From a virus, in IMG/VR virus record IMGVR_UViG_3300037506_000026, positions 1 through 44,263 of that record: 44,263 bases of DNA; one strand, given 5' to 3'. The notes below the pieces were generated by a model, which made no database searches, was not told the origin of the DNA, and worked only from the letters and a program-made list of their open reading frames with translations. The translations under genes were made by a program, and so were the position numbers. Each line of letters begins with the position of its first letter. Position 1 is the stretch's first letter. Positions 1 through 8,390 of the stretch are shown here, in pieces.

Positions 1-127
1 ATGGCAAAGCCAATGCGCGTTGAGATGGAATACATCCCCTTGCTTGGAATCCCCATAAACGAATAAGACGGTGCCACCGCTGAACCAAGCGGCGCAAGAA
101 TTTGAGTCGCGCTCAACCCTAACCGAT
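1..127. repeat. 127-bp terminal direct repeat, identical to 44137..44263 (overlap from a circular or circularly permuted assembly)
   Basis: Bases 1-127 (atggcaaagccaatgcgcgttgag...gctcaaccctaaccgat) recur exactly at 44137-44263. The repeat lies inside a tail-fibre reading frame. Confidence 0.9.
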
Positions 128-473
128 CAGAAAGATTTTGGGTGATCGCCACTATTTCTTCTGAGAGAACGTTGTGGTATTTCGCGTTTCCCCACATCCC
201 GATGGTTCCCCCATTCGAGTGGGAAGACGCTGTTGTCCCATCTGCTCCACGCGTAACTCCGGTCAAAGTTGTTGGCGTCACTCCGGTATACTGGATGACT
301 TCGTTTGATCCGTCCTCGAAGGTCAAATACCCTGCGGTCGGAATATCGGATGTGCTGTTGACGGGAATCGTCGTTACGACATCGTTGATGTTCCCCGTCA
401 GCGTGACGGATTTGTTGTTCCTCGCGTCGAGGAGTTGTAATGCTGTTGGTACACTCGATGGAAAAAATGACAT
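1..473 (-). CDS. Tail fibre protein, N-terminal segment. The ORF crosses the window junction and continues at 44136..42660.
   Basis: ATG at 473 is preceded by AAGGAGGAATAATCC. My translation gives MSFFPSSVPTALQLLDARNNKSVTLTG...VIQYTGVTPTTLTGVTRGADGTTASSHSNGGTIGMWGNAKYHNVLSEEIVAITQNLSDRLGLSATQILAPLG with no stop. Through the 127-bp overlap it is in phase with the 42660..44252 ORF, whose track start is a TTG. Confidence 0.8.
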   Translation of the reverse strand, partial: MSFFPSSVPTALQLLDARNNKSVTLTGNINDVVTTIPVNSTSDIPTAGYLTFEDGSNEVIQYTGVTPTTLTGVTRGADGTTASSHSNGGTIGMWGNAKYHNVLSEEIVAITQNLSDRLGLSATQILAPLGSAVAPSYSFMGIPSKGMYSISTRIGFA

Positions 474-486
474 GGATTATTCCTCC

Positions 487-1248
487 TTAAACTTCTTCAA
501 AAGATATTGTTCCGCTTAAAAGGTCTGGCCTTCCGGCGGCAATCATATTGAAAGTCGGGTCCTGCTGGCACTCTACGAGCCAGACGTGAGGCATCGGCCT
601 GAACCAAGCCCCGTCTTTGAACGCCGCCAGAAAAAATGTTCTCTTGGAATTATGAAACCGCTCAAGCTCTGCGAGCTGAGCCATCTCCATATACTGCGCC
701 CCTTGGAAGTTGAGCGTCACCAAATCTTTGACGGTGAGAAATTCCGAAAGCAATTCTCCGAGCCTGTTGCGCTCTTGGGATCGGTACAAGTTACGCTTGA
801 CAATCAGCGACGTCGGAAAAAGGTCGAGTTCGTATTGATCGAGCATATCTTCTGGGTCTGCGAACGCCCACTCGTTTCGGTTGAGTTCAAGTTCTGCGCT
901 CAGAGCGGTATCGAGCCAGTACGACCCCACTTCGCTCCACGGTTCGGATCGGTCGATGCCGTTCAGGGTCGGAGCCCATCGCCAGAATCTTTTTTGTCCA
1001 GACGGCTGAGAATCAGTGAATGAATACTGAGACACGCCGACGGTGGTGTTCACGAACGTCGTCCTGAAATCGGCGTACAAGGAAACCTGCAAGAAATATC
1101 CGACCACCGGAGTAACGGACGTCCAGTTAAGAGTGATTCCGCTTTGGTTGTAGATCACCTTTAGAGTGGTGGTGACGTCTGAAACGAGCGTGTTCCCGTT
1201 GATGCCGCCCGTATTGAATTGTGCTGAGTTGATCATTGAGCCGATCAT
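487..1248 (-). CDS. Structural protein in the distal-tail (Dit) position
   Basis: 253-aa ORF whose start overlaps the tape-measure stop (ATGA). The call rests on position immediately after the TMP; no motif was recognised. Confidence 0.45.
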   Translation of the reverse strand: MIGSMINSAQFNTGGINGNTLVSDVTTTLKVIYNQSGITLNWTSVTPVVGYFLQVSLYADFRTTFVNTTVGVSQYSFTDSQPSGQKRFWRWAPTLNGIDRSEPWSEVGSYWLDTALSAELELNRNEWAFADPEDMLDQYELDLFPTSLIVKRNLYRSQERNRLGELLSEFLTVKDLVTLNFQGAQYMEMAQLAELERFHNSKRTFFLAAFKDGAWFRPMPHVWLVECQQDPTFNMIAAGRPDLLSGTISFEEV

Positions 1249-3080
1249 GCTGTCGCCCCCCTCCGTCGAATGAAGTTTCCGGTCGGGTTGGACATCGTCA
1301 TGCGCCGGATTTCAGGCATGATTTTCTCGCGGAACATCCTTTGCCACTGATTCTCGTTCCCTTCGATGAATTGTCCGCTGATGTTCACGGTAAGGTTCAG
1401 GCCCCCGCTATCCATCGCTCCCGTAAAGTCCATCCCCATTTCTTTGGCTGTCATGTTCCCGCCAGAGCCGCTTTTACCAAGAGGGACAATGGCTTCCGCT
1501 CCCGCCTCTCCCGCCAAAATAGTTTTACCAGACTTGAGTCCAGTGAGGAGAGACGGTTCGTTGATGATGCCTCCAGTTGCGGACTCCCCCATCGGTTTTG
1601 AAGCCAGCCTCTGAAATCCGAGGATGGATGCGGCGACCTGTCCCATTGATGCTCCGCCGAAACCGAGGGCCGACTTGAACGCGAGCGCGATCGCCAATTT
1701 CGCTATGAGAGCTACGATCTCAGAGATGAGAGTTTTGATGAGGCTTTTCCACACCTGTTTGATCGCTTGGGAAAAATTCTGAGAATCTACTATGACATCG
1801 GCCATCGCCCTTCCGAAATCGTTGAACATCGTTTCAGTGATGGACGTAAATTTGTTTGCCATCTCCGTATTCGTCGTGACGAACATATCCCGCCAGATGG
1901 TCTGAGACTCGTGAGCTTTCGCGTAGTATTCTTCCCACGCCTTTCCTTGTTCCTCCGTCGCGGTCATCACTATGGAATTCGCCATCCCGATGCTCTCTGC
2001 CAAATGCTGAACGGTGGCGTCTCTCGCCGCATTTTCTGCGGCGGCAAGTTGCCTCCACGCTTTCGTCTCCGCATTTACTTCGTTGTCGATGATCCCTTTT
2101 TTGAGCGCAGCGTTTTGTTGAAGTGTTACAACCGATGCTTTCTCAGCGGCGTCTTTGGCTTGAAGTTGAACGAGAAGGTTGGTGTTCTGGATGATTCTGT
2201 TCCGCAAAAATTCATCGTCGAGAGCTTCTGCTCCCATCTTTTGAACCAGGGTATTTCGATATTCAGAATAGCCTTGAAGCGCGAGCCCAATGAGCTTGTT
2301 GCTCTCTTTTAGTTGGGCAATTTGCATCTCCCGCACCGTCAAATCATTTCTTGAAGCCCCCGTAATTCTTTCAACATATCCGACTGCTTTATTGAGCCAT
2401 CCTACCCAAGCCGAAACGACAGGGACGAGTTCTTTTCCGATCTTCTCTTGTAGCTCTCCGATTCTATTCTTGAGATTTTCTATCGAACCGATCGTAGTTC
2501 CAGCCATCTGCTCGGCGGCACCACCAAATTTTTCTGTCAGCAAAGCGGTGGTCTTCGCTAACCGATCAGCCCGCGAATCTCCTTCTTCGAGAATGAGTCC
2601 GTATTTTTTGAGTTCACGCGAGTTTCCGGCCAACGCTTGACCGAAAATATTGGTTGCTTCCGTGAGGTCTTTTCCGGTCGCGGCGGCGAAATCTAAAATG
2701 GGTTTGGTCGCAGCTTTGACCGTCCCAGGCATAAGTCCAAAATTCGCCAACTGAGTCTGCAAGGCGAGGATGCCCTCATCTGTGAAAGTGGTGACCTTCT
2801 GCAACTCCTCCGCATATTTCGAGAGCGCCCCAGCGGCATCACTTCCAACGGCAATGGTGAGGCGGGATAATGCTTGCTCCTGTTCCCCGTAGGCTCGAAC
2901 AGCATCACGTCCGAAATCGAGAATAGCCTTGGCAGAAAAGGCGACGCCGATGGCTTTTCCAATAGAGGCCAAACTCGATTGGAAGCCTTCGATTTTGTCT
3001 GTGGCTCCGCTGATTGATTTTTTGAAATCATCAGCGATGAGTTTTAGGGTGACTTCTAATTCACCCGCGTTTGTCGCCAT
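1245..3080 (-). CDS. Tail tape measure protein
   Basis: 611 aa. Long alpha-helical, Ala/Gly/Lys-rich sequence with a hydrophobic Gly-rich segment (LIAKLAIALAFKSALGFGGASMGQVAASILGF). Sits directly after the chaperone pair. Confidence 0.85.
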   Translation of the reverse strand: MATNAGELEVTLKLIADDFKKSISGATDKIEGFQSSLASIGKAIGVAFSAKAILDFGRDAVRAYGEQEQALSRLTIAVGSDAAGALSKYAEELQKVTTFTDEGILALQTQLANFGLMPGTVKAATKPILDFAAATGKDLTEATNIFGQALAGNSRELKKYGLILEEGDSRADRLAKTTALLTEKFGGAAEQMAGTTIGSIENLKNRIGELQEKIGKELVPVVSAWVGWLNKAVGYVERITGASRNDLTVREMQIAQLKESNKLIGLALQGYSEYRNTLVQKMGAEALDDEFLRNRIIQNTNLLVQLQAKDAAEKASVVTLQQNAALKKGIIDNEVNAETKAWRQLAAAENAARDATVQHLAESIGMANSIVMTATEEQGKAWEEYYAKAHESQTIWRDMFVTTNTEMANKFTSITETMFNDFGRAMADVIVDSQNFSQAIKQVWKSLIKTLISEIVALIAKLAIALAFKSALGFGGASMGQVAASILGFQRLASKPMGESATGGIINEPSLLTGLKSGKTILAGEAGAEAIVPLGKSGSGGNMTAKEMGMDFTGAMDSGGLNLTVNISGQFIEGNENQWQRMFREKIMPEIRRMTMSNPTGNFIRRRGATA

Positions 3081-3701
3081 ATCTCCTCACCTTTCCTTTC
3101 TTGACGGGCAACCCTGCCGCGCTCGCTTGCTCGGTCAAGGGTTTTGGTTGCCGCGCCTTCAACATGGCACCAGCGATTAAGTCCACTGGCGGGTTCGTTT
3201 CGATCCGCTTCATTAGGGCGCGAATGGTCGGCCACGTCAAACTGTCTACGTAGTCGATTGTCCATCCGTAAGCCAATCCCATGAAATGATAGATCCAAAA
3301 TTCCCCCGCTACACCGTCGGCTTGATCGTCTCTTGGGGAGCCGCCGGTTTTTGGTTCCCCATCTTTGCGAAAAAATCGTCTAACCCATTCACTTTGATCG
3401 CTGTCTCAATGATCGACCGGATATCGTTGATGGTCATGTTTTCGTCGATCCACGTCGGGTTCAAGAACGGATATTTGCCCGTTCTAAACAACAGCGGCAA
3501 GAACACGTTGATGCGCTCCTCGATGATCTTGGGAACGCGCATGGCTGACGGGGTTTCCCCGCTGGCTGTTATTTCTTCGATCGCATCGAACACGATCTTG
3601 AACACTTTTTTCACATTGCCGTAAGGCACCGCTTCCACTGTCAATGTCTTGTCGCCGATTTTGAAATCTACGGCGTCTCCTGCCTTCACTTCTTTGGTCA
3701 T
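3061..3701 (-). CDS. Tail assembly chaperone, -1 frameshift fusion product (G-T type)
   Basis: The -1 frame is open from the slippery site at 3375..3369 down to the stop at 3061. It reads ...GLDDFF/RKDGEPKTGGSPRDDQADGVAGEFWIYHFMGLAYGWTIDYVDSLTWPTIRALMKRIETNPP... and includes the 73-aa ORF 3061..3282. Confidence 0.6.
3309..3701 (-). CDS. Tail assembly chaperone (G-like, zero-frame product)
   Basis: 130-aa acidic protein directly upstream of the tape measure. It contains the in-phase T_TTT_TTC heptamer near its 3' end. Confidence 0.7.
   Translation of the reverse strand: MTKEVKAGDAVDFKIGDKTLTVEAVPYGNVKKVFKIVFDAIEEITASGETPSAMRVPKIIEERINVFLPLLFRTGKYPFLNPTWIDENMTINDIRSIIETAIKVNGLDDFFAKMGNQKPAAPQETIKPTV
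3369..3375 (-). promoter_or_regulatory. Programmed -1 ribosomal frameshift slippery heptamer T_TTT_TTC
   Basis: Minus strand reads GAT TTT TTC in the zero frame (X_XXY_YYZ phasing is correct). The -1 frame is open downstream for about 104 codons. Confidence 0.6.
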
Positions 3702-4231
3702 TTGAGGTCTCCTTTCCTTTCGGGTGATGCGATCACCGCGAGACCACCGTTCCCCGGCCTCACGCGGATCAACATCCCATTCGCTTTCGCGTAACCCTCG
3801 CAGGCGTCAAGCGTCTGCGGGTATTTGTTCACATCATGCACCATGATGAGTCCCGTCGGCTTGACCGACGGCCCCCATGTCTTCAATTCCAAATTCACTT
3901 GCTCGTAAGTGTGGATCGTGTCGCAGAACAGGAGATCCAACTCGCTCGGAACACCCTCTGATTTCAGACGCGCCACATCCAGAGAATTTCCGTGGATGAA
4001 TTTCCAATTCGGATGAGATCTGAAAACCTCCGAGCATCGGTCGTTCAAGTCCACGCTCCACACTTTCCCTCCGTTTTGTTCGACGCCGTATAGCAACGCC
4101 GACGTTGCGATGCCTTCCCTCACTCCCAACTCCAATACATTCCCTTCCGCATGGAGGTAGAGGAATTGCAGATGATCTTTGAATTCTACGCCAGACCTGA
4201 GCCACGCAGTGAACCGTTCGGCGGCCTTCAA
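3698..4231 (-). CDS. Class I SAM-dependent methyltransferase (O-methyltransferase/CmcI-like)
   Basis: 177 aa. Motif I-like VLELGVREGIATSAL, then acidic VWSVDLND and LLFCDTIH in Rossmann order. Confidence 0.65.
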   Translation of the reverse strand: MKAAERFTAWLRSGVEFKDHLQFLYLHAEGNVLELGVREGIATSALLYGVEQNGGKVWSVDLNDRCSEVFRSHPNWKFIHGNSLDVARLKSEGVPSELDLLFCDTIHTYEQVNLELKTWGPSVKPTGLIMVHDVNKYPQTLDACEGYAKANGMLIRVRPGNGGLAVIASPERKGDLK

Positions 4232-4980
4232 ACGGCCACCGTCCCGTTGAGGCGCGATCGAAACAACGCCTCGTTCTTAGCGACCACCGCCATATCGTCT
4301 TTCAGTCCCGTCTTTGGGAACCTGTGAATGAACACGCTGGCGTCCACTACTGTCATCCACCCCTTCTTCTCGGCACGATGGCAAAAATCCTGATCTTCAT
4401 ATCCGCGACCCATAAACGCCTCATCGAAACCGTTGACGCTCTCATATGTTTCACGCCTAAATGCCATGCAGAAGGAGCTAACGGATTGAGCCGGATAGGT
4501 CGTATCCTCACGCCCCATGCGCTGAGGCACGGGCCCGTGGGAAGTCATGGGGCCAACGATCCCTACCTTCGGATCGGACGTCAGCGTCTTGATGAGGCGC
4601 GATGCCCAGCCCGGCTCCACGACTACGTCCGGCGTCACGAGGATGCCGTACTTCACGCTGGCGAAAGCGAACATGAACCGGAAGGCCATATTTGCTTCTG
4701 CCGCGAGGCTGTGTTCCTTCTGGTATTTGAGGACGTTGACGTTGTGGTTGCGCGGGGTATATTTCAAATACTCCGAAGTCCTGAACCCGCTCATGTTGTC
4801 CACGATCGCCATGACGTAGCGGTGATCGGTGAAGTCCAAGATGGAGTGGAACGTCAGCTTGAAAAACTTGAGGTTGTCGCGCATGGGGATGGCGATCCCG
4901 ATGGAGCCTTCTGGCGGGTTCGACAGGAACGGCCTCGTAGAAGACGGCCATTCGTTCTGAGGCTTCACTGGCGCGTTCAT
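4228..4980 (-). CDS. Family 2 glycosyltransferase (GT-A fold)
   Basis: 250 aa. N-terminal IGIAIPMRDNLKFFKLTFHSIL...AIVDN, then GILVTPDVVV, then the C-terminal block FCMAFRRETYESVNGFDEAFMGRGYEDQDFCHRAEKKGW typical of GT2. Confidence 0.75.
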   Translation of the reverse strand: MNAPVKPQNEWPSSTRPFLSNPPEGSIGIAIPMRDNLKFFKLTFHSILDFTDHRYVMAIVDNMSGFRTSEYLKYTPRNHNVNVLKYQKEHSLAAEANMAFRFMFAFASVKYGILVTPDVVVEPGWASRLIKTLTSDPKVGIVGPMTSHGPVPQRMGREDTTYPAQSVSSFCMAFRRETYESVNGFDEAFMGRGYEDQDFCHRAEKKGWMTVVDASVFIHRFPKTGLKDDMAVVAKNEALFRSRLNGTVAV

Positions 4981-5195
4981 CGCGGAACCTCCTCCCTGAT
5001 CTTCACGCTTTTATCTGCTGGCTCAAGCCTGATGCCCTTGCTATCCACTTCTGAAACGACCCACCATTCGCCAGCCAGAGGGTATTTCGCCCCCTTCGAG
5101 ATAGAGATGCTTCCCTCCACATTGAACGTGCTGGCGGTCATTTTGGCGATCCATTCCAGAGGGATCGTGAGCTTAATGCCTGAAAAAAGTTTCAT
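4977..5195 (-). CDS. Hypothetical protein (72 aa) within the glycosylation cassette
   Basis: ATG at 5195 forms an ATGA overlap with the upstream stop and has GGGAG 6 nt upstream. The longer track start at 5300 would overlap the upstream gene by 108 nt. Confidence 0.5.
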   Translation of the reverse strand: MKLFSGIKLTIPLEWIAKMTASTFNVEGSISISKGAKYPLAGEWWVVSEVDSKGIRLEPADKSVKIREEVPR

Positions 5196-6283
5196 TCCCA
5201 ACTCCCTTTGATGGCCGGAGGCAGATTCAATATCTCGTCCAGGTGCCAGACTACCGTACGGCCTTCCTGAAAAGTCTTCTTGCAATTCTCGGCGGCCCAT
5301 TCAGCGAGGCTGGCTTGCTTCACTCCCCACGGCTGAAAAATGTTCCACGTAGAACAAGTGGTGAAGTCCAACTCCTTGAAGGCTTGGATGATGTTCAGGA
5401 GCGACTTAGCATAGATCGCAAGCTCAGGGTCGGTGCGGTAGGAAAGCTCCTTGGAACCTTCCGGCGTCTTCATGTCGGGTTCCGAGGCCGTCCCTTGAGG
5501 TTTAAGGAACGAACGGGAGACGCGCTCGTCGTTGTCGTAGAGGGGCGTGGATGCCTTGGGAACCCACTTGTCGCCCTCCTTGACGTAATCTTGGGCGCGG
5601 TAACGCCACCCGTCGCCGTCCTTGGCATAGCACAAGTCCATTCCGACCCCCGCCACCTTCTTGCACCCCAACACCATCGCCAACTGGACAGCCATGTTTC
5701 CTACCGTTCCGGCCGATGGTATCTGGCCGATGTCGGGGTAGATGTATGGCAGAAGTTTCTCAGAAAATTCGTCGGTCGTGTGCCAGTGATTGAAAAAGAG
5801 TTTCGTCCCAACCCACGATTTGATGACGTCTGGGTGGGCGCAGGAATCGAACACCATCGGCACTCCCGTCATCAGTCCATCCCACAAAACGGATTGCTCC
5901 TTCTTGCAGTCGAACGAGATCACGAGATCGGGCGTAATGTTGTTGATCCGAAGCGGCTTGAAGGCCGCATCAGTGGCGATGATGACGGCCTTACGCTTGA
6001 GCGATCTCAGCGTGTCGAAATTGGCGTCGAGGCTTGGCCCAACCCCAACGACGACGGCAGGCATCCCTTCGCAAGAGCCCGAGAGGAAGCGGACGCCTCT
6101 GGACTTCGACACGAGCGCGTAATTCTGCGCGGCGTGCTTGGCCCATCGGTGCAACCACGAATCGGTTGCCTTGACGTCCGCTCCCCCCTTCTCTGAACGA
6201 AAAGCTCTCACGCCGGATCTGACTGGAAATCCGGCCTGCTTCAATTCTGCGACTTGGTTCTCTAATGTTGACGATTGGCTCAT
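5192..6283 (-). CDS. DUF115 / MptE-like, motility-accessory-factor (Maf)-like putative glycosyltransferase
   Basis: 363 aa from the ATG at 6283 (AAGGAG upstream). Carries the DUF115-type block AVVVGVGPSLDANFDTLRSLKRKAVIIATDAAFKPLRINNITPDLVISFDCK and later GTVGNMAVQLAMVLGCKKVAGVGMDL. Confidence 0.6.
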   Translation of the reverse strand: MSQSSTLENQVAELKQAGFPVRSGVRAFRSEKGGADVKATDSWLHRWAKHAAQNYALVSKSRGVRFLSGSCEGMPAVVVGVGPSLDANFDTLRSLKRKAVIIATDAAFKPLRINNITPDLVISFDCKKEQSVLWDGLMTGVPMVFDSCAHPDVIKSWVGTKLFFNHWHTTDEFSEKLLPYIYPDIGQIPSAGTVGNMAVQLAMVLGCKKVAGVGMDLCYAKDGDGWRYRAQDYVKEGDKWVPKASTPLYDNDERVSRSFLKPQGTASEPDMKTPEGSKELSYRTDPELAIYAKSLLNIIQAFKELDFTTCSTWNIFQPWGVKQASLAEWAAENCKKTFQEGRTVVWHLDEILNLPPAIKGSWE

Positions 6284-6304
6284 GGCTCTTACGTCTCCTT
6301 TTCT

Positions 6305-6323
6305 CTTAACCCTTGGGGTTAAG
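6305..6323 (-). other. Intercistronic stem-loop just downstream of the major tail protein gene
   Basis: Perfect 8-bp stem CTTAACCC/GGGTTAAG with a 3-nt loop, 7 nt after the stop at 6330. No U-tract follows. Confidence 0.5.
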
Positions 6324-6329
6324 GATATT

Positions 6330-7106
6330 TTAGGCGGTCGCGTCTTCTTGGATGATTTCTCCGAGGTTCTTTCCTTCCGGCCTCGAAGTGTCAACCAACG
6401 CCTTGAACATGATGTTGTGAACAGTGTAGTCGCCCGATTCTCTTTCGTTGAAGGCCATTTCCAACTCGGTGCTGGTCATAGCTTTGAACAGAGTGATCTG
6501 CCAGAGTTTTCCCGTCGAATCACGATGGGTAAAATCAAGCTGAAACGTGTTGGGCGCACGAGTTTCCCCGCCGAACGGAAGGCTTGCGGCTCCCGCGTCT
6601 GAGAAGTCGTACTCAAGGCCGACGTATTGTCCGGCTGAGATAGCTCCACCAGAAACGCGGCGAATGTCGGATGGCGAACCAGACAAAACGTAATCGGTCG
6701 TCACGACATATTCGGTTTTTCGGTCGAGGGAGAACACGCTGAGCGAACCAGACAGGATCGTCTCTGCTGGCGACGTGAATACAACACCAGACAGCCTCAA
6801 CACTTCGCGGTTGCGAAGGCGTTTGTCGGTCGTCGAATCAACGGCTTCGTTGATGCCGAGGGCGTGGCGCAGTTGCGAGAGTTTCAGGTCGCACACCGAT
6901 GCTTCGAGTGTGCATTCTTCTCCGACCACTTCACCTTTGACATCTGCCACGTTGTTGCCCGGACGCTGATAAGCGTATGAGCGTGTGAACGTGAAGGTCA
7001 CCGTCTCTTTCAGGTTTCCGACAAACACGTCGTTGATGTATAGGTCGCCAAGACCCAACAGCAAGCGTCGTGGTTCGGCGTATGCGTTTTGATTGTTTCC
7101 TGACAT
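6330..7106 (-). CDS. Major tail (tube) protein
   Basis: 258 aa with a strong SD (AAGGAGGAAGCAAA-ATG). Sits between the tail-completion genes and the chaperones and is followed by a stem-loop. Confidence 0.7.
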   Translation of the reverse strand: MSGNNQNAYAEPRRLLLGLGDLYINDVFVGNLKETVTFTFTRSYAYQRPGNNVADVKGEVVGEECTLEASVCDLKLSQLRHALGINEAVDSTTDKRLRNREVLRLSGVVFTSPAETILSGSLSVFSLDRKTEYVVTTDYVLSGSPSDIRRVSGGAISAGQYVGLEYDFSDAGAASLPFGGETRAPNTFQLDFTHRDSTGKLWQITLFKAMTSTELEMAFNERESGDYTVHNIMFKALVDTSRPEGKNLGEIIQEDATA

Positions 7107-7135
7107 TTTGCTTCCTCCTTATGGGTCTTTGACCC

Positions 7136-7570
7136 TTAGATTGGGTTCTGCGCCTTTGGAACCACGAAGAACCTGTACCGAACGTCCTTCCTCTGGATCT
7201 CCAACTGCTCGTCGAACCCATCAGGGCCTTCCCAGTCCCAGATGCAAGAGACTTGGCCGACCTGAATGTAGTTCGTTGGAACCACAAAATTGTGACCGTT
7301 GAAAAGTTTGAACAAGCGGAATGTGATGTCCGCGTAATTCGAGGCGAAGATGTTGAATTGGATGAACACCTCTAACGTCCGCATGAAGTCTCCCTGAACG
7401 CCTCCGGACGACTGCGTATAAACGTGGAAAGTCAAAAACGGAACAGACGGATCGGCAGACTGGAAAGCGTGGAGAATTCTGTTTACGTTGCCGAGCAAAG
7501 CTACGAGTCCGTTGGCCGGCTCTGTGTCGGCGATCAACCGAGCATAAACAAGCTGTTCGACTTCTTTCAC
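7136..7570 (-). CDS. Tail completion / tail terminator protein (DUF3168-like)
   Basis: 144 aa. N-terminus LVYARLIADTEPANGLVALLGNVNRILHAFQSADPSVPFLTFHV resembles the DUF3168/gp17-like pattern. Sits directly before the tube protein. Confidence 0.55.
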   Translation of the reverse strand: MKEVEQLVYARLIADTEPANGLVALLGNVNRILHAFQSADPSVPFLTFHVYTQSSGGVQGDFMRTLEVFIQFNIFASNYADITFRLFKLFNGHNFVVPTNYIQVGQVSCIWDWEGPDGFDEQLEIQRKDVRYRFFVVPKAQNPI

Positions 7571-8022
7571 AGGTTCACCGCCTTGATTATCTCTCTGCGA
7601 AAGAAAGAACCGTTCTTCAAAAGAGCGGGGCCGAGGAAAGGACGGGCAGGAGTTCCGCGACGCGATATAGCCCTCGCTACGACGAAGGCAAGATTTTCGT
7701 CTCCGAGTTTTTTCTCAGCCCAAGGTTTTAGCGCGTCCACAGGCGGGAAGTGAGGGCGCGTTCCCAATTCAACAAACAAAGCATAATCTGCATTTGCAAC
7801 CACTTTAGCCGTAACGTCCGTCTTGGTCACTTCAATGTCTCCGGGGAGGATAGATTGACGAAGGGTGGTCATAAAAACAGGAGCGGCATCCCGCGCATCG
7901 TTGACGACACGGGCTTGCGTTTTTTCACAAGCAGTCACGATCCTGTTGAAGACCTGCTTCTCGATCTTCCCAAGATTCTGAATAACTTGCTTGACCCCTT
8001 TTATTTCAAATTCGTTCGCCAT
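7567..8022 (-). CDS. HK97 gp10-family neck/tail component
   Basis: 151 aa. EIKGVKQVIQNLGKIEKQV...VNDARDAAPV...ADYALFVELGTRP matches the gp10-family pattern. Confidence 0.6.
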   Translation of the reverse strand: MANEFEIKGVKQVIQNLGKIEKQVFNRIVTACEKTQARVVNDARDAAPVFMTTLRQSILPGDIEVTKTDVTAKVVANADYALFVELGTRPHFPPVDALKPWAEKKLGDENLAFVVARAISRRGTPARPFLGPALLKNGSFFRREIIKAVNL

Positions 8023-8390
8023 CAGTCATTCCTCCTGACCAACTTCAACTCAGCCATTCGGTGTGATTCAAAAATATGCGCTCTCAAGACATCATACTCG
8101 AACGTGTCCCCTGATTGGAGGATGCGGTCTTTGGGAATGAGCGCGAACCCAGAATACTTCTGGAAGGCCAAGTGAGTTGTCTCTGCGTTCAATCCCTGTT
8201 CTCGAATATCCGAATTCCCGCCGAGAGGCTGAACCCATATCAACTCGCTCGCCACTTGCGTGACAAATGTTCCTGTTTTCTTTCCGGCAGAATCCGTCGT
8301 CGCAATAAACCTCGACACCGTTGAGGGGATCGACCAATCGTCGATGACAACTTGAGCTTGGCCTCGTATGGCGGCGCGAGGAGGAGCCAT
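8022..8390 (-). CDS. Head closure / head-tail adaptor protein
   Basis: 122 aa. Position plus the pattern ...LIWVQPLGGNSDIREQGLNAETTHLAFQKYSGFALIPKDRILQSGDTFEYDV. Confidence 0.5.
   Translation of the reverse strand: MAPPRAAIRGQAQVVIDDWSIPSTVSRFIATTDSAGKKTGTFVTQVASELIWVQPLGGNSDIREQGLNAETTHLAFQKYSGFALIPKDRILQSGDTFEYDVLRAHIFESHRMAELKLVRRND

Noticed and set aside
1-127. The 127-bp terminal repeat as a biological direct terminal repeat or att/LTR-like element.
   Set aside because: It lies inside the tail-fibre coding sequence and is exactly identical at both window ends, which is the signature of an overlap left by assembling a circular or circularly permuted genome.
5192-6394. Long N-terminal extensions given by the track for several genes, namely starts at 6394, 5300, 9242, 13419, 14422, 17047, 27662, 27849, 28955, 31634, 32488, 36651, 38182 and 38573.
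   Set aside because: Each extension overlaps the upstream gene by tens to hundreds of nucleotides and is basic low complexity. In each case an internal ATG with an SD, or an ATGA/TAATG coupling junction, fits the compact gene packing.
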